DNA from: Blastocatellia bacterium
Lineage (GTDB): Bacteria; Acidobacteriota; Blastocatellia; UBA7656
Direction: 5' to 3'
Length of the DNA: 64,000 bases
NCBI GenBank assembly: GCA_963765495.1
Contig: CAVXWP010000009.1
Span: forward strand, 736,001-800,000
Shown here in pieces: positions 1 to 11,979 of the stretch; the stretch's first letter is position 1; each line of letters opens with the position of its first letter. The notes beneath the pieces are model-generated. The model saw only the letters and a program-made list of their open reading frames with translations, made no database searches and was not told where the DNA came from. The position numbers were made by a program, and so were the translations under genes.

Positions 1-768
1 ATGCCGTGTTCTACATGTACCCTCACACTCGCCTTCGCTCGATTCTCCTCTCGCTCATCATCACTTAGCTCACCTCCTTTCGGCTTCTTGTGTGGTACTT
101 CGATTCCCTCTGTGCCCTGATATCCCAAATCCCCTTGCTTGCTCGCTTCTCGATATTTCTCCCCCACTCCACTGGCTTCATATACTCGCTTATCCGATGC
201 TGGCCCGCGATGCCCTCCTCTGATACCCAGCACTTCTCCCTTTCGATCACTCTCTACTTGGCTCTTGAGCGTGTGGCATTTCTTTTTACCAGAATATACC
301 CGTTTTTGACGTTCATAATTGGAGGGGCGGGGTATTGGCGTCTCAAAACTGTCGATGAGAATTCGGTCAATCTCTTGGATTTTGAGGCTCGGTTCCTGAC
401 CTCGAAACCTCTTCTGTGCCTCAAAGCGATTGGAGGGAAAGAGTTCTCTGAGCAAGGGGACAATCTCGTGAAAGAGATTCTCGGAGGTGTCGGCGCTAAC
501 ACCAAACAAGGCTGCGACAACGCGCGTGAGCGAGGTTGTGACGCAGGTAGATGAGAACGAGCAAGACCTCCTGAGAAGGAGTGAGTTTGGGTTTTCTACC
601 GCCACCGAGAGCGCGTTTGCGATCAGGGCGAAGAAGTTTGGCCTGTTGACGGAGATGAACCAAGACCGGCACGGTAGTAGACAACAATTGTTGAAGGGCG
701 TTTGTCGTCATGCGGGTCAAGGCGCGGAGTCTTGCAGGTTTGAGATTGTTGATTTGTTCGATTGTCAT
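1..768 (-). pseudogene. IS5-family (DDE_Tnp_4/ISL2-like) transposase, frameshifted, runs off the window start
   Basis: N-terminal HTH part (RKRALGGGRKPKLTPSQEVLLVLIYLRHN, ORF 496-768). After one extra base near 523 it continues in another frame: VVAALFGVSADT...LIDSFETPIPRP...YSGKKKCHTLKSQ...GDLGYQG...RVHVEHG. Confidence 0.85.
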
Positions 769-938
769 GCGAATAGTTTACCAAAGTCCTTCTTATTCCT
801 CGGATCATCTATTTTATAAAAATAGAATCGGTGCGAGCCATGCAACTCACGCCCTATTTTAATCATGCCCCTTTTTAATCATACCCTGCCCGTGTGGCGA
901 ATTTGACACGCGCAAAAGGGCCGTGCTAGTTTGACGGC

Positions 939-1919
939 GTGTCTGCCAAGTCTAGAACCCTCCTTCGTAATCGGCTTGAGTTTGCGCTTGCCTGGCTGCT
1001 GCTGAAACTGCTCGGATTTTTGCCTCGCAAAGGCGCAATCCTCGCAGGCCAGGCTATAGCCCGGACCATCTTTTCTCTGCATGGCAGGTTGCGCCGAACG
1101 GGACATAGAAATCTGGCACTGGCTATGCCGGAGTTGACCACAGAAGAACGCGAAAGAATTATCAGGAGTGTTTCCAGTAATCTCGGTCGCTTGCTCGGAG
1201 AGTTTTCTCAATTCCCAAAGATCACACCTGATAATATCGGCCAACTGGTTGTCTATGATGGCTTCGAGAATTATGAAAGGGCTGCCAGACAGGGTCGTGG
1301 CGTACTGCTTTTGACCGGGCATATTGGCGCATGGGAACTATGCGCTTTTGCGCACGGAGCCTACGGCCATCCTCTCAGTTTTCTGGTCCGTCCGCTTGAT
1401 AACCCCTTGCTGGATCGGTGGATCAGTCGCTATCGCGAGCTTTCAGGCAATCGCATAATAGACAAAAACCGCTCGGTCAAAGCCGTGCTGAGTTCTCTCA
1501 AACGGGGTGAAGGAGTGGGCCTGTTGATAGATGTCAACACACTGGCGGATCAGGGGGTGTTTTGCGATTTCTTCGGCATACCTGCCTGTTCGACGACGGG
1601 GCTGGCAGTCTTTGCGCTCAGAAGCGATGCGCCTGTCATCCCCGGATTTCTTATCTGGGATGAGAGACTGAAAAAATACCGTCTTCGTTTCGAGCCCGAA
1701 GTTCCTCTCGTGAAGACCGGTGATTTCAAAGAAGAAGTAGGAATTAACACTGCCAACTACACAAAGGTCATCGAAGAGTATATCCGCCGCCACCCCGACC
1801 AGTGGCTTTGGATTCATAAGCGATGGCATACGCGTCCCGAAGGCGAACCGGACCTCTACAGCCCGGGCGAGCCAGGACCTCCCACTCGCCCTTCTTTGAA
1901 GGCAGAAGCTAAGGCTTGA
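939..1919 (+). CDS. htrB: Lipid A biosynthesis lauroyl/late acyltransferase (LpxL/HtrB family)
   Basis: GHIGAWE (HxxxxE) motif, FFGIPA, PDQWLWIHKRW C-terminal motif. Confidence 0.85.
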   Translation: MSAKSRTLLRNRLEFALAWLLLKLLGFLPRKGAILAGQAIARTIFSLHGRLRRTGHRNLALAMPELTTEERERIIRSVSSNLGRLLGEFSQFPKITPDNIGQLVVYDGFENYERAARQGRGVLLLTGHIGAWELCAFAHGAYGHPLSFLVRPLDNPLLDRWISRYRELSGNRIIDKNRSVKAVLSSLKRGEGVGLLIDVNTLADQGVFCDFFGIPACSTTGLAVFALRSDAPVIPGFLIWDERLKKYRLRFEPEVPLVKTGDFKEEVGINTANYTKVIEEYIRRHPDQWLWIHKRWHTRPEGEPDLYSPGEPGPPTRPSLKAEAKA

Positions 1920-1964
1920 CCAAATCCCTTTTGCTCGCCAGAGACCAACCGGCTTGCTCATAGA

Positions 1965-2327
1965 TTATCTGGGCTCTGTGCCTTTCCTCTTATAATCGTC
2001 CTCGAATCTGATTATGTCGTCTTCGCCCAGATACGATCCGCATTGAACCTCTATAAATATCAGAATATCTTTTCCGGGGTTCGCAATTCTATGTTTCGTC
2101 CTGACGGGAATGAATACGTCTTCATTAACCGCTCGCCTGACCTCTTCATCACCTAAGGTGACAAGGGCCTCGCCGCTCACTATTACCCAATGCTCGCTGC
2201 GCAGATCATGCATTTGCAAACTGAGGCGCTGGCCGGGTTTTACTTCAAGTCGTTTGACTTTATACCCGGGTCCTTCCGCCAGTACTTCATACATTCCCCA
2301 TGGTCGTTCATCTCTTTCCATTTCCAT
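1965..2327 (-). CDS. Mannose-6-phosphate isomerase type II C-terminal cupin (standalone)
   Basis: RPWG, RLSLQMH, RSEHWVIVSG, IEVQCGSYLGEDDIIRFEDDY motifs. Confidence 0.9.
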   Translation of the reverse strand: MEMERDERPWGMYEVLAEGPGYKVKRLEVKPGQRLSLQMHDLRSEHWVIVSGEALVTLGDEEVRRAVNEDVFIPVRTKHRIANPGKDILIFIEVQCGSYLGEDDIIRFEDDYKRKGTEPR

Positions 2328-2412
2328 AGTGCAAAATAGTGTACACCAGTTTCGGTCTTGCAGTCATAGCTGATAGAAATTCCTGAAAAATATCATGCAA
2401 GTCGGCAGGAAA

Positions 2413-2438
2413 GAAAAAGGGGATGGTTACCCATCCCC
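2413..2438 (-). terminator. Intrinsic terminator downstream of the small basic protein
   Basis: On the minus strand GGGGATGG-gtaa-CCATCCCC followed by TTTTT. Confidence 0.75.
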
Positions 2439-2482
2439 GCGTTCTCACACAGAGAACCCCCGTTTTGCGTAGCGGCAATATA

Positions 2483-2647
2483 CTATCTCTTCTTAGCGCC
2501 GGCTTTCTTAGCAGGTGCCGCTTTCTTAGCAGGTGCTGCTTTCTTAGCAGGTGCCGCTTTCTTAGCAGGTGCCGCTTTCTTAGCAGGTGCCGCTTTCTTA
2601 GCAGGTGCCGCTTTCTTGGCGTCGCCGCCTTTCTTTGCAGTTGCCAT
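2483..2647 (-). CDS. 54-aa histone H1-like Lys/Ala/Pro protein (not in the ORF track)
   Basis: MATAKKGGDA(KKAAPA)x6KKAGAKKR*. AGGAAAGGAG Shine-Dalgarno upstream and terminator downstream. Confidence 0.8.
   Translation of the reverse strand: MATAKKGGDAKKAAPAKKAAPAKKAAPAKKAAPAKKAAPAKKAAPAKKAGAKKR
2503..2617. repeat. 18-bp tandem repeat x6 (GCAGGTGCCGCTTTCTTA), coding
   Basis: Units start at 2511, 2529, 2547, 2565, 2583 and 2601, with one synonymous variant. Confidence 0.95.
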
Positions 2648-2840
2648 AGAGTGTGCTTCTCCTTTCCTTTAATTTTAGCTCGCACACAAGATACTGTATT
2701 ATTACCGCTCTTGTGCACTAGTCTGAATAACACACAACATATTGTTGTATATATTGACTTCACGCATGCTTGTCAACGTTTTTTTTTGGAAACAGCCCTA
2801 TTCAATCGCCTCATAATAGTTAGTGCCTTGAAACCGGCTG

Positions 2841-2993
2841 CCAGAGCCTGTTTCAGAAAGCCTCTATATTGGGGCAGCCTTAGATTCGGCACGGATGTAA
2901 TGACACGCATTTTGCTGGTTTTGGAAATTCTTGGAAACGCGAAAATGGCTCTCAGAGCCGTTTTCGCGGCACGTGCCCTGAAACGGGCTCTGG
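2841..2993. mobile_element. MITE-like element (~150 bp) with 16-bp terminal inverted repeats
   Basis: CCAGAGCCTGTTTCAG ... CTGAAACGGGCTCTGG (15/16 match). Internal hairpin CGCGAAAATGGCTCT/AGAGCCGTTTTCGCG. Confidence 0.65.
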
Positions 2994-3108
2994 TGGCTGA
3001 TTTCGTGCCAGCGCCTTGAAACTGGCTCCTGTCGCAAGTTTTAGGGATTGACTTCGACTTTTCAGGCTCGATTGACTTTATCTATCAGCGACGGATAATA
3101 TCCTGTCG

Positions 3109-4035
3109 ATGCAAAATCGAATGATAGATCTTCATACCCACACAGTAAACTCAGACGGCAGCGTGACACCTGAAGAACTGGTCAGGCTGGCTGCGCGTGA
3201 AGGAGCAAGCGCTGTTGCGATAACCGATCACGATACGGTGAAGGGACTTGCCGAAGGTCGGACGGCTGCCGAACGAATCGGCATCGAATTTATCAACGGC
3301 ATAGAGATCAGCGCGGAGTATTCACCGGGCACGATGCACATACTGGGTTATTATATTGATGATAATTCGTCGGATCTGAAGATGAGACTCGAAGCATTAA
3401 AGCAGGCTCGCGATAGGCGAAATCCCGAAATAGCGAATCGACTTCAATCTCTTGGACTCGATATAGACTATGAAGAGGTTGCACGCCTTGCAGGTAATGA
3501 AATAGTTGGACGTCCTCATTTTGCGCGCCTGATGGTTGAGAGAGGTTACGTTGAAAGCATTCAGGAGGCTTTCAACAGATTTCTGGCAAAGGGGGCTGCG
3601 GCCTATGTGGAGAAGGAACGATTTTCTCCAACCGAATCCATATCGCTTATCCATGATGCCGGAGGTGTTGCGGTTCTGGCCCATCCTTATCAGTTGAAGC
3701 TCTCTTCAAATAGAGAAACCGAAGAGATGATTTCCAATCTGGCGGCCATAGGGCTTGACGGAATCGAGGCCGTCTATAGCCGTCATTCCGATCTTCAGCG
3801 AAATGAATATAGCCGCATAGCAAAGCAATACGGGTTGCTCATAACCGGGGGCAGTGATTATCACGGCACATATAAGCCTGACATCAATCTGGTCAAGGGG
3901 CTGGGTGATCTTCGAGTGCCTTACGAATTGCTTGAAGAGATCAAAGCGCGAGCGGCCTTGCGAGCAAACCGTAGTCGAGGCGATAAAGAGCGGCTTGAAA
4001 AGAGCCCGGAACTCGGACAGACGGTGCCCAAATAA
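3109..4035 (+). CDS. PHP-domain metal-dependent phosphoesterase (TrpH/YciV-like)
   Basis: [47 protein letters not shown] motifs. Confidence 0.9.
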   Translation: MQNRMIDLHTHTVNSDGSVTPEELVRLAAREGASAVAITDHDTVKGLAEGRTAAERIGIEFINGIEISAEYSPGTMHILGYYIDDNSSDLKMRLEALKQARDRRNPEIANRLQSLGLDIDYEEVARLAGNEIVGRPHFARLMVERGYVESIQEAFNRFLAKGAAAYVEKERFSPTESISLIHDAGGVAVLAHPYQLKLSSNRETEEMISNLAAIGLDGIEAVYSRHSDLQRNEYSRIAKQYGLLITGGSDYHGTYKPDINLVKGLGDLRVPYELLEEIKARAALRANRSRGDKERLEKSPELGQTVPK

Positions 4036-4076
4036 GATTTAGCGGCCTTGTTTTGGGCTGCGAGGTTGGCAGACTT

Positions 4077-4973
4077 ATGCAGGAAGATTTGAACATCGAA
4101 GCACTGGTTTCGCAAATCACCGATGTGATTCTTTCACGGCTGGGCGGCGGCGGAATCACAAACGAGTGCGCCTTATGCCACGATGAGTGCTTTGTGAAAT
4201 GCCCCGACCGTATGCATTCGATAATTGCCGATGGAGGCGTGCGGTTGGGACTTACGGGCGCGGAAAGCGAAGCAGCCCGACAGGTCGCCCGATACATCGA
4301 TCATACCCTGCTCAAGCCCGAGGCAACGCGAGACGACATTCTGAAGATATGCGAGGAGGGAGCACGGTACGGGTTCGCATCGGTCTGTATAAACCCGACC
4401 TGGGTGCGCGAAGCAGCATGCGCACTGCGCGGAAGCGGGGTGAAAGTTTGTACTGTCATCGGTTTCCCTCTGGGCGCAAACTCCACCGATACGAAAGCCT
4501 TTGAGTCGAGACGCGCGATATTCGACGGCGCGACCGAACTCGATATGGTCATCAATATCGGAGCATTAAAGTCAGCCGATTATGATCTGGTTCTGCGCGA
4601 TATAAGAAGCGTTGTTGAAGTTGCGCACGAAGCCGGTTGTATCTGTAAGGTGATTATCGAGACGGCGCTCCTGACCGATGATGAGAAAGTCAGAGCGTGC
4701 GCAATAGCAAAAGAAGCGGGGGCCGATTTCGTAAAGACCTCGACCGGATTCAGCAAAGGCGGCGCAACGATTGCAGACATCGCGCTCATGAGACAGGCGG
4801 TTGGTTCCCGAATGGGTGTGAAGGCCTCAGGGGGAGTTAAAGATCTGAAGCAGGCTCAAGAGATGATTCGCGCCGGGGCGACTCGCATCGGGGCGAGCGT
4901 CGGCGTGAGGATAGTTCAGGAAGCAAGTGGCCTTGAATCTTCCGCAGGCAGCCAGGCTTCTCTCAGTTACTGA
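4077..4973 (+). CDS. deoC: Deoxyribose-phosphate aldolase with an N-terminal extension
   Basis: [44 protein letters not shown] motifs. About 70 extra N-terminal residues containing 4 Cys. Confidence 0.93.
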   Translation: MQEDLNIEALVSQITDVILSRLGGGGITNECALCHDECFVKCPDRMHSIIADGGVRLGLTGAESEAARQVARYIDHTLLKPEATRDDILKICEEGARYGFASVCINPTWVREAACALRGSGVKVCTVIGFPLGANSTDTKAFESRRAIFDGATELDMVINIGALKSADYDLVLRDIRSVVEVAHEAGCICKVIIETALLTDDEKVRACAIAKEAGADFVKTSTGFSKGGATIADIALMRQAVGSRMGVKASGGVKDLKQAQEMIRAGATRIGASVGVRIVQEASGLESSAGSQASLSY

Positions 4974-5006
4974 CACGCCGGATCAACCACAGGATCAAAA
5001 TGCGAA

Positions 5007-5039
5007 CGGCGCGGCTTTGAAGTGTGCAAAGCCGCGTCG
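5007..5039. terminator. Hairpin between convergent deoC and fabH
   Basis: GCGCGGCTTTG...CAAAGCCGCGT inverted repeat. Confidence 0.6.
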
Positions 5040-5062
5040 CTTCGTCTAAGATCAGAGACTCT

Positions 5063-6064
5063 TTAGTAAGCCCAGCGGGTAAGAACGGAGCCTACCGTAT
5101 AGCCCGCGCCCACGGCGGCGAATAATACGAGGTTATCTTTTTTAAGCCGTCCGCTATCGAGCGCGTCGCCGAGCGCAAGCGGAATCGTTGCGGCGGTAGT
5201 GTTGCCGAACTTGTGAATGTTTTTTACCACCTTGTTTTCATCCAGACCAAGTTTATCGGCGGCGGCATTGATGATGCGAAGATTCGCCTGATGCGCGATG
5301 AAAAGGTCTATGTCTTTGCCTTCGAGGTTGTTGCGCTCAAGCACGTTTCGGCTTATCTCGCCCATCTTGCGAACCGCGTACTTAAAGACCGGCTGGCCTT
5401 CCTGATGAACATAGTGCATCTTCTTTTCCACGGTCTCGTGCGACGAAGGGTTCAGGCTTCCGCCGCCCGGCATGTAGAGGAACTGGCCTCCCGACCCGTC
5501 TATTTCATGCATATAATCGAGTATACCGATCTCTTCGCTTTCACTCGGCTCAAGCAAGACCGCGCCCGCGCCGTCTCCGAACAGCACGCAGGTAGCTCGA
5601 TCCTCGAAATTGATGATGCTCGACATCACATCCGCGCCGATTACCACTACCTTGCTATGCGCGCCCGATTCGATGAACTGCGTGCCAACGGTCAGCGCGT
5701 AGAGAAAACCGGAGCAGGCCGCCGAAATATCGAATCCCCACGCGCGCGAGGCCCGCACTTTGTTTTGCACCATGCAGGCGGTTGAAGGAAAGAACATATC
5801 GGGCGTGACGGTGGCAACGATGATTACCTCGATCTCGTCGGCTTCAATCCCTCGGCGCTGAAGCAGATCGCCTACAGCCTTTGCCGCCAGTTCCGAGGTC
5901 GGAGTGCCCGGCTCGACCATGTGGCGTTCGGTAATGCCCGTTCGCTCTACTATCCAGTCGTGCGTCGTCTCAACTCTTTTTGCCAGATCGTGATTGGTCA
6001 CAACCTTCGGCGGCACATAGCGCCCAAGCGCCGTTATCTTTGCTCTGCGTGTAGCTTTCATCAA
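5063..6064 (-). CDS. fabH: 3-oxoacyl-ACP synthase III
   Basis: [22 protein letters not shown] and GNTTAA motifs (Cys/His/Asn triad). Confidence 0.95.
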   Translation of the reverse strand: MMKATRRAKITALGRYVPPKVVTNHDLAKRVETTHDWIVERTGITERHMVEPGTPTSELAAKAVGDLLQRRGIEADEIEVIIVATVTPDMFFPSTACMVQNKVRASRAWGFDISAACSGFLYALTVGTQFIESGAHSKVVVIGADVMSSIINFEDRATCVLFGDGAGAVLLEPSESEEIGILDYMHEIDGSGGQFLYMPGGGSLNPSSHETVEKKMHYVHQEGQPVFKYAVRKMGEISRNVLERNNLEGKDIDLFIAHQANLRIINAAADKLGLDENKVVKNIHKFGNTTAATIPLALGDALDSGRLKKDNLVLFAAVGAGYTVGSVLTRWAY

Positions 6065-6273
6065 ATTATTCCTTCCCTTGAATCCTTAATACCATAACAG
6101 GTTCTGGAGTTTGCCTGAAGTAAAGCCCGATAGTAGCATCCGATTGTTTTTTGGCGCAAGCAGCGAAATAAACAGCCGAGACCGGCTAGAGCTCGCGCTT
6201 GTCGGGCGTAAGAGGGTTATGTTATAGGGTAAGTAAGACCTTACCCAAACGTTTTTGCGAAGGAGAACGCTTT

Positions 6274-6954
6274 ATGACTGAAACGACATCGAATACCAGA
6301 CCGAGCATCACGCAGTTGATTCTGATTCCAAGCGTGATAACGCTGGCTATCACGCTACTACGACTGTTTGGTGAACTAAATCACTGGTCCAGCACGTTGT
6401 TCAACCCGGCCCCCGGAGGAGCAGGGTCGCTCGTCGGCATCACATGGCTTGCGCCAATCTTCGGAGCCTATTTCGCCTGGAAACTTGCGCAGCGGGGCGA
6501 CCGGCCCGAGCATCCTGGCCGCACTATCGTTTATGCTCTTCTTGGAACCGTAGTCGTATTTGCCGGAGCCATTTTGGCATTTGCCTCGAATGGCTCTTTC
6601 TCAATTCTCAGATTAATAGCCGGGTTGCTACTTATGATGGCGGCTGCGGCAGTGCAGTCTTCCGGCTGGCCGTCGCTCTTCAAGACGCAACTGGCCTATG
6701 CATACGCGGCGCGCATCCCTGTGCTCATCGTAATGTTCATAGCAATCCAGGGCAACTGGGGGACTCATTATGATGTTGTGCCTCCGGGATTCCCCGAGAT
6801 GGGTCTGTGGCCGAAATTCCTGCTCATAGCGTTTTTGCCCCAGATGATTTTCTGGACCGCCTTTACTGTTGTAACCGGCTTGCTGTTTGGCGGCATCGTG
6901 GCGGCTCTAAGGCGCGGAGATAAGACTGCGCCGCACGCAGCAAGCGCGGCATAA
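6274..6954 (+). CDS. Hypothetical multi-pass membrane protein
   Basis: About 6 hydrophobic segments. AAGGAG RBS before the ATG at 6274. Confidence 0.75.
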   Translation: MTETTSNTRPSITQLILIPSVITLAITLLRLFGELNHWSSTLFNPAPGGAGSLVGITWLAPIFGAYFAWKLAQRGDRPEHPGRTIVYALLGTVVVFAGAILAFASNGSFSILRLIAGLLLMMAAAAVQSSGWPSLFKTQLAYAYAARIPVLIVMFIAIQGNWGTHYDVVPPGFPEMGLWPKFLLIAFLPQMIFWTAFTVVTGLLFGGIVAALRRGDKTAPHAASAA

Positions 6955-6996
6955 ATATGATCGCGGCTTCGAGCGCAACGAAATCAGGGTTCACAA

Positions 6997-7761
6997 ATGA
7001 TGCTAACTAAACTCGCGCTGACGACAGCAGCATTTTTCGCTGTCGCCCTCATCAATCGCGCTTCTGCTCAGAATTTCAAATCTGAACAGGCGAAACAGGT
7101 TCGCGTGAAAGATGCAATAGCCGAAAAAGAAGCGACGGTAAAGGCGCTGTTCGAAAGTAAGGGATTCGCTTATCCGCCGAAAAATATTTTCATTCGAGTG
7201 TTTAAGCGCGAGCAAGTACTGGAACTCTGGGCGAGTCAAACTCCGAAAGATAAATTTGAATTGGTGAAGGCCTATAAATTCTGCGTGGCCTCAGGCCAGC
7301 TTGGGCCGAAGCGCAGGATGGGAGATGAACAGATCCCCGAGGGCTTCTACTATGTAGATCGCTTCAACCCTGCGAGCCAGTTTTACCTCTCGCTGGGCGT
7401 GGACTACCCCAACGCATCGGATCGAATACTTGGAGAAAAGGGCCGCCTGGGCGGAGACATTTTCATTCATGGCGGCTGTGCCTCAATCGGTTGCGTCCCG
7501 CTCGGTGATGAGAGCATAAAGGAGCTTTACCTTATAGCCGTCGAGGCCAGATCAGCAGGGCAGCAAGCGATACCTGTTCATTTCTTTCCCACCCGTTTTG
7601 ATCAAAACGGGTTGAAGCAACTGGAGAGGCTGGCTCGTAACGACAGTGAGCTTAGAGATTTTTGGGCTAATCTGAAGGAGGGATACGATTTCTTTGAGAA
7701 GCATCGCCGTCTGCCAAAGATAGGAGTTGATCGCAGGGGAAGATATCTGATTGGCGAATAA
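6997..7761 (+). CDS. L,D-transpeptidase family protein (YkuD; YafK/DpaA-like)
   Basis: Signal peptide, GPKRRMGDEQIPEGFY, IFIHGGCASIGC catalytic motif. Confidence 0.85.
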   Translation: MMLTKLALTTAAFFAVALINRASAQNFKSEQAKQVRVKDAIAEKEATVKALFESKGFAYPPKNIFIRVFKREQVLELWASQTPKDKFELVKAYKFCVASGQLGPKRRMGDEQIPEGFYYVDRFNPASQFYLSLGVDYPNASDRILGEKGRLGGDIFIHGGCASIGCVPLGDESIKELYLIAVEARSAGQQAIPVHFFPTRFDQNGLKQLERLARNDSELRDFWANLKEGYDFFEKHRRLPKIGVDRRGRYLIGE

Positions 7762-7817
7762 TTGGATTGACCGTTTCTGTTTTTAAATCGAATCAGCGAA
7801 CGGGGACAATACCAATA

Positions 7818-7890
7818 GACCACGGATAACGCGGATGCGACGGATTTACGCGGATATGACCTTAATCCGTGTTGATCCGTCGCATCTGTA
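7818..7890. repeat. CGGAT/ATCCG short-unit inverted repeat between convergent genes
   Basis: CACGGAT..GCGGATGCGACGGAT... paired with ATCCGTG..ATCCGTCGCATC. A related ATCCG run occurs at ~30573-30610. Confidence 0.6.
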
Positions 7891-7925
7891 GGTTAGCCTG
7901 AAATTATCTGCTCTTTCGCCGATTC

Positions 7926-9254
<1,329 letters not shown>

Positions 9255-9378
9255 TTTAGTTCCTTTCAGAAAATCGCCCGGTCACTGCGCCTCAACTGAC
9301 CTCACTCTATTAAACCAGAACGGCCCGGAACCGTCTTGCGCGATATTGCTCTATATTAGCGGAGAAGTGCCATTCTGG

Positions 9379-9506
9379 AGGGATGAGGGATGAGGGATGA
9401 AGGATGAAAAAGAGCCTGAGAGGAAATTCCGATTAATTGGGTTGACTTATTATCGGAGTCTTACCCGACAGTCCTTTTCATCCCTCATCCCTCATCCCTC
9501 ATCCCT
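9379..9506. repeat. (GGGATGA)n ... (TCATCCC)n inverted heptamer-array element, copy 1
   Basis: About 4 heptamers per arm around a ~60-nt spacer. The right arm overlaps the araC 3' end. Confidence 0.9.
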
Positions 9507-10375
9507 TCGTTCCTCCCTCTATAGGCTCGTGGGGTGATGCCGGTGGCAGATTTGAATATCTTTGTGAAGTGGCTCTGACTCTGATAGCCGACCATCGCCG
9601 CGATCTCGTTTATTGAATACGCGGTTTCGACTATAAGCTTGCGGGCGCGCTCAAGCCGGATGTTTGCCAGATAGACATGGACCGTGACGCCCGTGATCTG
9701 CTTGAAAAGGCGGGCGAAATGGTACTCGGACAGATAGGCGGCCGAGGCTATTTCTTCAAGCTGTAGCTCGCGCGAAAAGTTGTCGTGCATAAACTCGATG
9801 GCGCGGCGCAGACGGCGATCTACAAGACCGGCGCGTGATAGCTCTACGCGAGTCGATTTGCGAACCGTCAGATGTGATCTCAACAAATGAATCACGATCT
9901 GTCGCGCCAGGGCGTCGAGCATCGCGCCGTGACCGGGGCCAAGGTCGGCCATCTCACGCGCTACCCGGCGCGCAGAATCGGTGATGAACGCGTCGGTTAC
10001 GACGCTTGAGCGAAAGGTGATTTCCGAATGGGTGCGAGTAAGGCCGATCTCCATAACAAGCTCGTTGATTATGACCGGACTGATTTCAATCGAAACGAAT
10101 TCCACGTTGCGCGCCCGGCCCGAGTGAAATTGACCCGTGTTTGTGAGCGCAGTCTGGCCCGGCGAGATGTCAAAGTTACCCGCGCCTATCGTTGCCTGCA
10201 ATTGCCCCGACAAAACGGCGGTCACGGTAAAGGAGGAATGTGAATGATCCAGAAACTCGCAGTCTGCCGATAAGGTGTGCCGCATTGTAAAGTGCGGGCG
10301 CGTGATGATTCTTTGGACCCCCGTTTCAGGGGATTGCCCGGGGGCGTTGTCGCCTGTCGTTGCCTGCTTCATCAA
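9485..10375 (-). CDS. AraC-family transcriptional regulator
   Basis: N-terminal cupin. C-terminal LSEYHFARLFKQ...IAAMVGYQSQSHFTKIFK..TGITPRAYR. Confidence 0.92.
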   Translation of the reverse strand: MMKQATTGDNAPGQSPETGVQRIITRPHFTMRHTLSADCEFLDHSHSSFTVTAVLSGQLQATIGAGNFDISPGQTALTNTGQFHSGRARNVEFVSIEISPVIINELVMEIGLTRTHSEITFRSSVVTDAFITDSARRVAREMADLGPGHGAMLDALARQIVIHLLRSHLTVRKSTRVELSRAGLVDRRLRRAIEFMHDNFSRELQLEEIASAAYLSEYHFARLFKQITGVTVHVYLANIRLERARKLIVETAYSINEIAAMVGYQSQSHFTKIFKSATGITPRAYRGRNEGMRDEG

Positions 10376-10378
10376 AAA

Positions 10379-11323
10379 TCACCTGCGACGGCGCAGTTTG
10401 CGCCCCTTTGAATCGCGCGTCCTCGGGGTTTCAAGAACGGTAAACAACCTGTTTGGAAAGTTAGTTATTATCGAATTCACGCCTACTGAGATGAGCCGAC
10501 GCATCAATATCTTACTGTTGGCGGTCCAGACCGAGACCGCAAGCCCGCTCTCCTGAAGGCTCGCGACCGTGCGGCGCGTGGCGAGACCAAAATGCAGGGC
10601 CGTTTCATCTGCGCCTATTCGTTCAGCCGAGCGGATGATTGATCGCGCCGTCACAAGCGTCTTTCCGGCTGTCGGAAATGTAGCCGCCGCGCGAATATCG
10701 GAAGCAACCGTTTTGGCAAGCCGCACTATTTCGTGATCGAAAGAAAGCAGTGTGACCTCTCGTTCCAGATGAGAGGCGCGCACAAGCGAGACCACAGCCC
10801 GAAGCAGCGTTTCTCTGTTTGTGGGATCGCTTTTCAATTCTATGTAAATCCGAGAAAGCGAAGTCCGGGCAAGCAGCGCGAGTACTCGCTCGAGCGTAGG
10901 GACTGCCTCGCTCGAGAAATCCATTTTGCCGCCTGCAATCGCGGCAGCGCGTTCGGCCATAGCCCGCACTCGGGGTCTGACCGCAAGCCTCTGCTCGAAC
11001 CACGTCCCCGCATCGAGTGAGCCGAGTTGCTCCGCGGTGAGGCGCGATACAGGTCCGGCTCCGTTCGTAGTGCGGTCTATGCGGATGTCGTGGATGACGA
11101 CCGGCTGCCCGTCTGCGGAAAGCTGCACATCCATCTCAACGCCGTCTGCGCCCAGATGGGTTGCAAGACTGAAGGCCGCGAGCGTGTTTTCCGGCGCAAG
11201 CCCAGATGCGCCTCGATGCGCGATGACGAGCGGCGTTTGTCCGCCTGTTTTTACCTGTCTCTGATTTTCGGGCGATGGTATCACTACCGGAAAATAATAA
11301 GGCCCCGTAAAGGCGGAGGGCAA
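10379..11323 (-). CDS. Glycerophosphodiester phosphodiesterase (start codon uncertain)
   Basis: IAHRGASGLAPENTLAAF, EMDV, VIHD, IELK, WTAN, IITNFP motifs. Confidence 0.9.
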   Translation of the reverse strand: MPSAFTGPYYFPVVIPSPENQRQVKTGGQTPLVIAHRGASGLAPENTLAAFSLATHLGADGVEMDVQLSADGQPVVIHDIRIDRTTNGAGPVSRLTAEQLGSLDAGTWFEQRLAVRPRVRAMAERAAAIAGGKMDFSSEAVPTLERVLALLARTSLSRIYIELKSDPTNRETLLRAVVSLVRASHLEREVTLLSFDHEIVRLAKTVASDIRAAATFPTAGKTLVTARSIIRSAERIGADETALHFGLATRRTVASLQESGLAVSVWTANSKILMRRLISVGVNSIITNFPNRLFTVLETPRTRDSKGRKLRRRR

Positions 11324-11382
11324 CTGATGTGTGGCGGGTGAAAGAGTTCTGGACAGGATTAACAGGATTAACAGGGCTAAAA

Positions 11383-11841
11383 TCAGCCCGCTTTTTTAGC
11401 CGCTTTTTCGACCTTCTGACAACTGTCGCATATGCCGAATATGCGATGGCTGTGGTGGAGCGGCTTGAACCGATAGCGGCGCGTGATCTCGTCTTGCAAC
11501 CTCTCTATGTCTTCGTTGTAAAACTCGATCAGCGCCCCACACTGCGTGCAGATAAGATGATCGTGATGCATATGGTTGTAATCGTTTTCGTAGAGCATGC
11601 GACCGTCGTGAAACTCCAGTTCGCGCGCCAGCCCGCTCTCTTTCAGCAGCTTCAGCGTGCGATAGACGGTCGTAAAACCTACGGACGGATCTTTGGCCTT
11701 TACAAGCACATAAAGTTCTTCGCTCGAAACATGCCCCGATGTATTGAGAAAAACATCAAGGATCAAATCTCGTTGCGCGGTTCGTTTTAGCCGCTCGCGC
11801 TTTAGGTGTTCGTGGAATACCTGTTTCTCTTCACGTTCCAT
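11383..11841 (-). CDS. fur: Fur-family transcriptional regulator
   Basis: [37 protein letters not shown] motifs. Confidence 0.92.
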   Translation of the reverse strand: MEREEKQVFHEHLKRERLKRTAQRDLILDVFLNTSGHVSSEELYVLVKAKDPSVGFTTVYRTLKLLKESGLARELEFHDGRMLYENDYNHMHHDHLICTQCGALIEFYNEDIERLQDEITRRYRFKPLHHSHRIFGICDSCQKVEKAAKKAG

Positions 11842-11979
11842 AAGTGTCCGGGATTTACTAAAACGATTATACACTACTGGTCCGGCAGTGCAAACTTTGG
11901 GCAACCGCCCGTTTTGACAAGGGTGTAAACCGGATTGAGCGCATTCAATCGGAGCAGGTATAATGCCAGGCGGTTTAAT

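Noticed and set aside
515-530. Programmed frameshift in the transposase
   Set aside because: No slippery A-run at the shift; it looks like a single extra base in GCGCG (mutation or sequencing error).
2503-2617. 18-bp repeat as a CRISPR array
   Set aside because: The units are contiguous with no spacers, and they encode KKAAPA in frame.
2308-3019. ORFs 2308-2763 (-) and 2423-3019 (+)
   Set aside because: They are wrong-frame or antisense readings of the repeat (LRKRHL, SRCRFL) and run across a terminator or the MITE.
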